Assembly (NCBI GenBank): GCA_020722805.1
Contig: DYKA01000001.1
Location: 1-55,159 of the forward strand
Direction: 5' to 3'
DNA: 55,159 nt
DNA from: Vermiphilus sp.
GTDB lineage: Bacteria; Ratteibacteria; UBA8468; B48-G9; DTJG01
Translations under genes and position numbers: made by a program
In this document: in pieces, positions 47,894-55,159 of the stretch
Layout: every line of letters starts with the position of its first letter
Position numbering within the stretch: the stretch's first letter is position 1
The notes under the pieces: generated by a model
Databases searched by the model: none
What the model was told of the DNA's origin: nothing
What the model saw: only the letters and a program-made list of their open reading frames with translations

Positions 47894-50563
47894 ATGGAAA
47901 AAGACAGATATCATCCTGAAGAAATAGAGGCATTCTGGTATCAAAAATGGGAAGAAGCAGGGTGTTTCAAAGCGGAAAATTACACCAAAAAACCCTATGT
48001 GATTGTAATTCCTCCGCCAAATATAACAGGATACCTTCATATCGGCCATGCGTTGAATAACACGATACAGGATATCCTTATAAGATGGAAAAGAATGTCA
48101 GGGTTTAATGCGCTGTGGGTTCCAGGTACAGACCATGCAGGAATTGCAACTCAGAATGTTGTTGAAAAAGAACTGATGAAAAAAGGGTTGTCAAGAGAAG
48201 CCCTCGGAAGAGAAAAATTTCTCAAGGAGGTCTGGCTCTGGCGTGAAAAATATGGCAACAGGATTATTGAACAGTTGAAGCGGCTCTGGGCTTCCTGCGA
48301 TTGGAGTCGGTTATGCTTCACTATGGACGAGAATCTTTCCCACGCTGTGCAGACAGTTTTTGTCTCTCTGTATAAAAAGGGTCTTATTTACAGAGGAACA
48401 AGAATTATTAACTGGTGTCCGAGATGTACCACTGCCCTGTCAGACGAAGAGGTTGAGTACAGAGAAGAAGTCGGTCATCTTTACTATATTAGATATCCGA
48501 TGGAAGGAAAAGGTTTTATCGTTGTTGCGACAACAAGACCCGAGACAATGCTCGGAGATACCGCTGTTGCGGTTCATCCAGAAGACATAAGATATAAGGA
48601 TCTGATAGGGGAAAATATTCATCTGCCGTTTGTTGATAGGTTAATACCGATTATTGCTGACCAGCAGGTTGAACAGGAATTTGGAACAGGCGCTGTAAAG
48701 GTGACTCCCTCACATGACCCGAATGACTACAGTATAGCCAGAAGACACAATCTTCAGTTCATCACTGTAATGGATACAACCGGCAGGATGAATAAAAATG
48801 CCGCTATATTTGCGGGGCTTGACAGATTTTCCTGCAGAGAAGAAATACTTAAAAAACTAAAGGAAAAAAATCTCATTGAAAAGATTGAGCCGTATACGCA
48901 CAGGGTTGGACATTGCTATCGGTGTGATACTGTAATAGAGCCGTATATTTCTGAACAGTGGTTTGTAAAGATGAAGGAACTTGCCGGTCCGGCAATAAAG
49001 GTTGTCCATGATGGAGAACTTAGGTTTTATCCGGAAAGATGGGCAAAAATATATCTGCAATGGCTGGATAATATTCATGATTGGTGCATCAGTCGTCAGA
49101 TATGGTGGGGACACAGGATTCCTGTGTGGTATTGTTCAAATGAAAAATGTCCGCCGATTGTCAGTGTTGAAACACCTGAAAGATGTCCTTTTTGTGGTTG
49201 CGGTCATCCTGTTCAGGACCCTGATGTTCTTGATACATGGTTTTCATCGTGGTTATGGCCGTTTGCGGTCTTCGGCTGGCCTGAGAAAACACGGGACCTT
49301 GAAATTTTCTATCCCACGGATACCCTTGTTACTGCGCAGGAGATTCTTTTTTTCTGGGTGGCAAGAATGGTTATGGCAGGGTTTGAGTTCATGGGGAAAA
49401 AACCGTTCAGTTCTGTTTACATCAACGGTACTGTGAGGGATAAGACAGGAAAGAAAATGAGCAAGTCGCTCGGGAATGCAATTGATCCCGTTGAAATCAT
49501 TGACGAGGCAGGTGCTGATTCTTTAAGATTTGGATTGATTTCATTAACCTCCTTCGGTCAGGATGTATTCCTGCCAGACGGGTTTCATTATAAAGGCAGG
49601 AACTTTCTTAACAAAATCTGGAATTCTTTCAGATATCTTGAAATGCTTGCTGAAAAGAATCAGGTTGAAAGAATTTCTTTTTCTGCAATAAGAGAAGAAA
49701 TAGAAAAACTGAAGATATCGGAAAGATGGATACTTATGCTTCTTGACCGGAAGATCCAGCATGTCTCTGACTGTCTTGAAAATTTCAGGTTCAATGAGGC
49801 ATCTGACAGTCTTTATGATTTTTACTGGCATCAGTACTGCGACTGGTACATTGAAATGTCAAAGATGTATCCTGAAAAAGACCAGTACCTTGTTTCAAAG
49901 GTTATTCCTGTTTTGTTTTATGTTATGGCCAGGACACTGAAGCTTTTACATCCTTTTATTCCTTTTATCACAGAGGAATTGTGGCATCGCTTGAAGAAAT
50001 TTACAGATGTTGATGGAGATTTTATTGCAACAAGCTCCTGGCCGGAGCCGGATGGGTTTTCTTTTGAAGAAACACTGGAAAAAATGGATGAAATCAAGAA
50101 AATTGTTATTGAAATCAGGGATCTCAAAACTACCTTCAGGATACCTGTGAACCATAATCTTGATGTTGACTATCGTGGAATTTCCCTGCTTTCGGACCCC
50201 TGGCACAGAACAATGGTTGAGTTTCTTGCAAGGGTAAGATTTAATAGTGTGGAACGTTCCTTGCAGGATAAACCTGACGATGAGATTGTAAGGATATGGG
50301 AGAGTGGCTGGTTTTCCATGAAGGTCAGGGGAATTATTGACATTGCGACGGAAATGAAAAAATTGAGCAGTGAAAAGGACAAGATTTCAAAGATTTTTGA
50401 GGAAACCTCAAGGAAGCTTTCAAATGAGGAGTTCTTAAAACGCGCACCAGCAGAAGTAATAGAAAAAACAAGGAAACTTCAGAATGAGCTTGCATCTGAG
50501 TTGAATAAGATTGAAAAAAACCTTAAGCTTTTGACCGGGAGCAATCATGAATGCGATAATTGA
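47894..50563 (+). CDS. valS: Valyl-tRNA synthetase
   Basis: PPPNITGYLHIGHA (HIGH), KMSKSLGN (KMSKS), an editing domain and a C-terminal coiled coil. Confidence 0.97.
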   Translation: MEKDRYHPEEIEAFWYQKWEEAGCFKAENYTKKPYVIVIPPPNITGYLHIGHALNNTIQDILIRWKRMSGFNALWVPGTDHAGIATQNVVEKELMKKGLSREALGREKFLKEVWLWREKYGNRIIEQLKRLWASCDWSRLCFTMDENLSHAVQTVFVSLYKKGLIYRGTRIINWCPRCTTALSDEEVEYREEVGHLYYIRYPMEGKGFIVVATTRPETMLGDTAVAVHPEDIRYKDLIGENIHLPFVDRLIPIIADQQVEQEFGTGAVKVTPSHDPNDYSIARRHNLQFITVMDTTGRMNKNAAIFAGLDRFSCREEILKKLKEKNLIEKIEPYTHRVGHCYRCDTVIEPYISEQWFVKMKELAGPAIKVVHDGELRFYPERWAKIYLQWLDNIHDWCISRQIWWGHRIPVWYCSNEKCPPIVSVETPERCPFCGCGHPVQDPDVLDTWFSSWLWPFAVFGWPEKTRDLEIFYPTDTLVTAQEILFFWVARMVMAGFEFMGKKPFSSVYINGTVRDKTGKKMSKSLGNAIDPVEIIDEAGADSLRFGLISLTSFGQDVFLPDGFHYKGRNFLNKIWNSFRYLEMLAEKNQVERISFSAIREEIEKLKISERWILMLLDRKIQHVSDCLENFRFNEASDSLYDFYWHQYCDWYIEMSKMYPEKDQYLVSKVIPVLFYVMARTLKLLHPFIPFITEELWHRLKKFTDVDGDFIATSSWPEPDGFSFEETLEKMDEIKKIVIEIRDLKTTFRIPVNHNLDVDYRGISLLSDPWHRTMVEFLARVRFNSVERSLQDKPDDEIVRIWESGWFSMKVRGIIDIATEMKKLSSEKDKISKIFEETSRKLSNEEFLKRAPAEVIEKTRKLQNELASELNKIEKNLKLLTGSNHECDN

Positions 50564-50873
50564 AGTGTCTGGAAGGCAGTTTCATGTTCAGGAAGGAGAT
50601 GTCATTGAAGTTTTTAAGATTGGACGCAAGAAGGGAGAGCAGTTTACGATTCAAGATATTGTTGCAATTGAAAAAGATGGAACTCTTCTTGTTGACCACA
50701 AATCCACCAAAAACTACTCTGTGCTGGCTGAAGTTGTTGATGAAAAAAAAGGCAAGAAAATCCATGTTTTCAAGAAAAAGAAAAAAACCGGTTACCACCG
50801 GAAAATGGGCCATCGGGACTGCATAAGCGTCATCAAAATTCTCAAGATTCAAACCACAAATGCAACATCCTAA
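50547..50873 (+). CDS. rplU: 50S ribosomal protein L21
   Basis: MNAIIEVSGRQFHVQEGDVIEV start and KKKKKTGYHRKMGHR motif. Confidence 0.93.
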   Translation: MNAIIEVSGRQFHVQEGDVIEVFKIGRKKGEQFTIQDIVAIEKDGTLLVDHKSTKNYSVLAEVVDEKKGKKIHVFKKKKKTGYHRKMGHRDCISVIKILKIQTTNATS

Positions 50874-51990
50874 TGTTTTGACAGGCAGTAATATTTCAGG
50901 GAAAAGAGCGCTTGTTATAGCATTCAATGACAAAACCGCGGGAAACGTCTCAGAAAATCTTGAAGAATTGAAATCACTTGCACGTACAGTTAACCTTGAT
51001 GTTGTGCATGCCATTTCAGTCAGGCATCCTGACCATATTCATCCAGCGACATATATCGGCAGTGGTAAGATTCAGGAAATCTCACGGATTATTGAGTCAT
51101 ACGCATGCGAACTTGTGATTTTTGAAAAAGAGCTCACGCCTGTTCAACAGAGAAATCTTGAAGAGTTTTTGAATACTGTTGTAATAGACAGAACATTTCT
51201 GATACTATTGATTTTTGGTAATCATGCCCATACACTTGAGGGAAAGATTCAGGTTGAACTTGCCCAAACAACCTATCTCCTGCCGCGGCTCGCTGGTTAT
51301 TCAGGGCAGCTCTCACGACTGGGTGGAACAATTGGAACAAGAGGGCCTGGCGAACAAAAACTGGAACTTTACAGAAGAAGAGCAAGGGAGAGAATAAGGT
51401 TCCTAAATTTGAGAATAAAAGAGATTGAAAAACATAGAAAAATTATTCGCGAAACACGGCAGCGAAAGAATTTTCCGGTTGCTGCACTTCTGGGTTACAC
51501 AAATGTTGGTAAAAGCACCCTCTTGAATACTCTCATTCACAGACATGATGCGGTTATTGACAATCGGTTGTTTTCCACACTGGACCCTCTTACGCGGCTG
51601 GTGTATCTCGGTGAAGGGGGTTATTGTCTGATGTCAGATACAGTCGGATTACTTTCTATGCTTCCTCACCACCTTATTGCTGCCTTCAAAGCAACCCTTG
51701 AAGAATTAACCTTTGCAGATGTTCTGGTATGTCTTATTGATGCCGCAGGATTGAATTTAGAAAAGCAGATGGCAACAATTGAGAATGTTCTTGAAATGAT
51801 GGAAATACAGAACAAGCCGAGAATTAATGTGTTTAACAAAATTGACCTTATAGATGAAACAGAGTTGAATATCCTGAAAAGGACTTATCCTGACAGCATA
51901 TTTATTTCAGCCAGAATTGGTTACGGGCTTGATGACCTGAAACTGAAAATAAAGGAGATGTTAGGGGAACATGTTTATTTCAAACCATGA
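50860..51990 (+). CDS. hflX: GTPase HflX
   Basis: HflX N-domain (TLEGKIQVELAQ..Y.LPRL; GTRGPGE), G1 GYTNVGKSTLLN, G3 DTVG and G4 NKID. Confidence 0.92.
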   Translation: MQHPNVLTGSNISGKRALVIAFNDKTAGNVSENLEELKSLARTVNLDVVHAISVRHPDHIHPATYIGSGKIQEISRIIESYACELVIFEKELTPVQQRNLEEFLNTVVIDRTFLILLIFGNHAHTLEGKIQVELAQTTYLLPRLAGYSGQLSRLGGTIGTRGPGEQKLELYRRRARERIRFLNLRIKEIEKHRKIIRETRQRKNFPVAALLGYTNVGKSTLLNTLIHRHDAVIDNRLFSTLDPLTRLVYLGEGGYCLMSDTVGLLSMLPHHLIAAFKATLEELTFADVLVCLIDAAGLNLEKQMATIENVLEMMEIQNKPRINVFNKIDLIDETELNILKRTYPDSIFISARIGYGLDDLKLKIKEMLGEHVYFKP

Positions 51991-52969
51991 GAAAAATCTT
52001 GTCAGCATAATCTGTGCGGAAATAGTTAGACACAACAATTTTGTTTTGACAACTCATCAACTACCCGACGGCGATGGTCTGAGTTGCGAACTTGCATTTT
52101 TCTGCATGCTAACCAGGCTTGGCAAGAAGGCAGTTATTGTGAATGATATGCCTGCACGGGCTGTATTTAATTTTCTTCCCTGTTTTTCAAGAATAATGAA
52201 TCCGGAAAGGTACAGGCAGTTGAAATTCAATCCTGAAGTTGCGATAGTTTTTGACTGCAGCAACAGGGAAAGGGTGGGCAACTCTCTGATGGCCGTCTCA
52301 GAAGCCAGAATGCTGATAAATATTGACCACCACGAGGGTAATACCCTTTTCGGAGACATCAACTGGATCAGCAATACACGATCATCTGTTGGCGAGATGT
52401 GTTTTTTTATAGTGGAAAAACTGAGGTGTCTTGACAGAGACACTGCAGAATGTCTTTATGTGGCGATTCTCACTGATACCGGTTCATTCAGGTACCATTT
52501 TGATGGAAGAACACTCCATATTGCTGAGAAACTCCTCAAATCTGGTGTAGACCCTGAGACAACAGCAGACAATCTTTATCACAATAATTCTATCTCTTCT
52601 TTACATCTTGCCGGGTATGCACTTAGCCACCTGCAGTATGACAGGGAAAATCGCGTGGCATGGACAGTATTGACAGAGGATGTGTACAGAAAAACCGGTG
52701 CATCTGAACAGGACACAGAAATAATTGTTGACATACTACGGTCAATTAAGGACGCCGAGTTCGTATTCCTCGTCAGGGAAAGAAAAAATGAGGTCAAGTT
52801 CAGTTTGAGGAGCAGAAAAGGTATTGATGTAAGGTCTATTGCTGAAAAGTTTGGGGGTGGTGGTCACAACAGTGCTGCAGGTTTTTCGCTTCAAAAGATG
52901 TCTGCTGAACAGGCAGTTTCAAAGTTTCTCAAGTATCTGAGGGGCAGAAAACAGGATGAAAAAAAGTGA
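51971..52969 (+). CDS. nrnA: DHH/DHHA1 phosphoesterase (NrnA-like oligoribonuclease / pAp phosphatase)
   Basis: HQLPDGDGLSC, NIDHHEGN, LTDTGSFRY and GGGGHNSAAG motifs. Confidence 0.85.
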   Translation: MFISNHEKNLVSIICAEIVRHNNFVLTTHQLPDGDGLSCELAFFCMLTRLGKKAVIVNDMPARAVFNFLPCFSRIMNPERYRQLKFNPEVAIVFDCSNRERVGNSLMAVSEARMLINIDHHEGNTLFGDINWISNTRSSVGEMCFFIVEKLRCLDRDTAECLYVAILTDTGSFRYHFDGRTLHIAEKLLKSGVDPETTADNLYHNNSISSLHLAGYALSHLQYDRENRVAWTVLTEDVYRKTGASEQDTEIIVDILRSIKDAEFVFLVRERKNEVKFSLRSRKGIDVRSIAEKFGGGGHNSAAGFSLQKMSAEQAVSKFLKYLRGRKQDEKK

Positions 52970-53675
52970 GATAATTGAATTTTCCGGGATTGATGGTTTT
53001 TTGAATGTGAACAAACCGTCAGGGATCACATCGTATGATGTGATAAGGCACATCAAGAAAATTCCTGACTTCAAGGGCAAAATTGGCCACACAGGAACCC
53101 TTGATCCGCTTGCTTCAGGGGTACTTGTTATCTGTATTGGTTCGGCAACAAAGAAGGCAAACAAATTTCTTGCAATGGAAAAGGAATATATTGCAACCAT
53201 GCTTGTTGGTATCACGACGGATACTGATGATATTCAGGGCAAAATCATTGAAACAAGGAAAATAGAGGAATGTGCGTTTGATGAAAAATCAATCTACGCA
53301 GTAATTCAATCTTTTGAAGGCGAAATTGAACAGGTACCGCCTTCTGTTTCAGCGCTGAGAAGACAGGGTGTCAGATTATATAAACTTCACAGACAAGGAC
53401 ATCCTGTAATACCTGAATCAAGAAAAGTGTTTATCCATGAAATTGAAGTAAAAAAAATAGAAATCCCGAGAATTATATTCAGGGTTGTTTGTTCAAGAGG
53501 GACTTACATACGCGCATTGTGCAGAGATATAGGAAGAAAACTGGGCTGTGGCGCTGTTCAGGAAGCACTTGTGAGGGTGAGAGTTGGAATGTTTGCAATA
53601 GAGGATGCAGTTACCCTTGAGCAGTTAAAAAAAGATGGAGTAAGAAAACACCTGATGCAGCCACACATAATATGA
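52956..53675 (+). CDS. truB: tRNA pseudouridine(55) synthase
   Basis: GHTGTLDPLASGVLVI (catalytic Asp), PP..SA and GTYIRAL motifs. Confidence 0.94.
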   Translation: MKKSEIIEFSGIDGFLNVNKPSGITSYDVIRHIKKIPDFKGKIGHTGTLDPLASGVLVICIGSATKKANKFLAMEKEYIATMLVGITTDTDDIQGKIIETRKIEECAFDEKSIYAVIQSFEGEIEQVPPSVSALRRQGVRLYKLHRQGHPVIPESRKVFIHEIEVKKIEIPRIIFRVVCSRGTYIRALCRDIGRKLGCGAVQEALVRVRVGMFAIEDAVTLEQLKKDGVRKHLMQPHII

Positions 53676-53676
53676 A

Positions 53677-55026
53677 ATGGAACAGCTGATTGTCAGTGTT
53701 TCCGGAATCAGGGGAATTTACGGGAAGAGTCTGAAAGAGGAAGATGCACTTAAATTTGGTAGGGCTTTTGGACTCTGGGCAGGAGAAAAGAACATCATTG
53801 TTGGGAGGGATACAAGACCCAGTGGTGAACCGTTGAAGGCAGCATTTGTATCGGGTGCACTATGGGCAGGAAGAAACATCTATGATTCAGGTATTGTACC
53901 TACACCCGCATTGACATGGTTTGTGGAAAAAACAAGCGGGTTCTGCGGTTCTGTTATTACCGCCAGTCACAATCCTGTTGAATATAACGGGATAAAACTC
54001 ATCAATTCATCAGGAACATTTCTTAATGCAGAGCAATCTCAATCTTTTCTCGGTATTTACACAGACATTGAAAACAAAAAAGGTGGGAAACCGGGCGCAT
54101 ACTTTTCTGATTTTTGCCTGATGGACAGATTTTTTTCTGCGCTTCTGGATTGTGTTGATGTCTCTGCCATAAGGAAAAGAAAATTCAGGGTTGTTGTTGA
54201 TCCTGTCCAGGGAGTCGGCGCCCTTTATTCAAAAGTTTTTCTTGAAAAACTTGGCTGCAACGTCGTGATGATAAATAGCGATCCGCCAGGAATTTTTTCG
54301 CATCCTCCAGAGCCATTGCCACAACATCTTGGTGATCTTGCAAGAACAGTTGAAAAGGAAAAAGCCGATATCGGGTTTGCTCAGGATCCTGACTGTGATC
54401 GTCTTACGCTGGCAGCAGACAATGGAGTATGCGTCAGTGAAGAACTCTGCCTTGCGGTGCTGATATACTGGATGCTTCAAAGGAAAAAAGGACCTGTTGT
54501 TGTGAATATCGCAACAACAAAACTCGTTGACGACATATGTCGCAATGCGGGAGTCGGGGTATTTCGTACAAAAGTTGGTGAAGTATGTGTTGTTGAAAAA
54601 ATGAAAGATATCAATGCATCAGCCGGTGGAGAGGGAAACGGTGGTATAATTCTTCCTGATTTCCACTACGGAAGAGACAGTTTCATAGGAATGGCGCTGA
54701 CCCTTGAAATGCTTGCAAAGACACAATTGAAATTCTCTGAAATCGCAAGAAAATTTCCCCTCTATCATTTTGTGAAGAAAAAGATTACATTTCCTTCTGA
54801 AAAACTTGATGACCTTTACAAGGAACTTGAAGAAAAATTTCCAAATGGAAAAACATTATACCTGGACGGTTTGAGGATTGATTTTGAGAATGCATGGTTT
54901 GGAATAAGACCATCAGGAACCGAGCCGTTGGTGAGGGTTTTTGTTGAGGGTGAAAACAAAAATGTTGTTGACTCTCTGACAGAAGAAATTCAGAAATGTA
55001 TTACTTCTTTCGTAAATATTCAATAA
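53677..55026 (+). CDS. Phosphohexomutase (phosphoglucosamine mutase / phosphomannomutase family)
   Basis: TASHNPVEYNGIKL (phosphoserine loop), AQDPDCDRL (metal loop), GGEGNGG (sugar loop) and RPSGTEP (phosphate loop). Substrate specificity cannot be resolved by eye. Confidence 0.85.
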   Translation: MEQLIVSVSGIRGIYGKSLKEEDALKFGRAFGLWAGEKNIIVGRDTRPSGEPLKAAFVSGALWAGRNIYDSGIVPTPALTWFVEKTSGFCGSVITASHNPVEYNGIKLINSSGTFLNAEQSQSFLGIYTDIENKKGGKPGAYFSDFCLMDRFFSALLDCVDVSAIRKRKFRVVVDPVQGVGALYSKVFLEKLGCNVVMINSDPPGIFSHPPEPLPQHLGDLARTVEKEKADIGFAQDPDCDRLTLAADNGVCVSEELCLAVLIYWMLQRKKGPVVVNIATTKLVDDICRNAGVGVFRTKVGEVCVVEKMKDINASAGGEGNGGIILPDFHYGRDSFIGMALTLEMLAKTQLKFSEIARKFPLYHFVKKKITFPSEKLDDLYKELEEKFPNGKTLYLDGLRIDFENAWFGIRPSGTEPLVRVFVEGENKNVVDSLTEEIQKCITSFVNIQ

Positions 55027-55085
55027 ACGCTGTTTACTGAATATTCAATGCAAAATGCAAATTGTAAACTGCAAAATTAAAATTA

Positions 55086-55121
55086 CTGTAAATATTCACC
55101 TAGCCCTGTTCATATTTACAG
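55086..55121. repeat. Perfect 10-bp inverted repeat CTGTAAATAT / ATATTTACAG around a 16-nt loop
   Basis: Arms at 55086-55095 and 55112-55121 are exact reverse complements. Each arm contains the GTAAATAT motif, which also occurs at 55012-55022. Confidence 0.5.
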
Positions 55122-55131
55122 GCACAAGAAC

Positions 55132-55152
55132 ATCAAGGGTTTCACCCTTGAT
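55132..55152. other. Hairpin ATCAAGGGT-TTC-ACCCTTGAT (9-bp stem, 3-nt loop)
   Basis: Exact reverse-complement arms at 55132-55140 and 55144-55152. No T-tract follows on the + strand. The function (terminator for a convergent gene, or the start of another feature) cannot be seen because the window ends. Confidence 0.4.
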
Positions 55153-55159
55153 AACCCGA

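Overview
AT-rich, very compact bacterial chromosome segment that uses the standard genetic code. Conserved genes end at the expected lengths on TGA/TAA/TAG stops. Most genes touch or overlap their neighbours, and I found no rRNA, tRNA, CRISPR array, transposase or integrase. Layout: (1) 1-17.2 kb, + strand: the end of tuf, then a complete S10-spc-alpha ribosomal super-operon (rpsJ to rplQ, with secY-adk-map-infA-rpmJ and no L30). It runs on into a small rpoZ-like ORF, a lone pilT ATPase and purD. (2) 17.2-19.7 kb: rpsO-pnp with a near-consensus promoter. (3) 19.7-28.0 kb, - strand: one gap-free nine-gene operon, uppP-pyrK-pyrD-(Wzy_C/TPR membrane protein)-PSP1/ricT-metG-pyrH-frr-cmk. Its stop lies 2 nt from the pnp stop. 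(4) 28.1-43.9 kb, + strand: the accessory part of the window and my main candidate for something undescribed. It is a 16-gene envelope-glycosylation island with five small soluble Dpm1/ArnC-type GT2 enzymes, four GT-C-like polytopic membrane proteins (two paralog pairs), a signal-less CE4 deacetylase, two SAM methyltransferases, and Ugd, Uxs and two further SDR enzymes (one carrying a Cys4 zinc-ribbon insertion). It has no initiating phosphoglycosyltransferase, no Wzx/Wzy/ABC exporter and no small flippase. (5) 43.9-47.5 kb: queA, tgt, yajC, larC. (6) 47.6-55.0 kb: DUF503-valS-rplU-hflX-nrnA-truB-phosphohexomutase. The last 130 nt hold a repeat- and palindrome-rich non-coding tail. Smaller points: rpsE probably starts at AUU behind a perfect SD; rpmJ is missing from the ORF track and has a 4-residue insertion in its zinc knuckle; and four operon-first genes have -10 boxes only 8-11 nt upstream of the ATG, suggesting leaderless mRNAs. 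All functional calls come from reading the translated ORFs against remembered family motifs. No database search was run.
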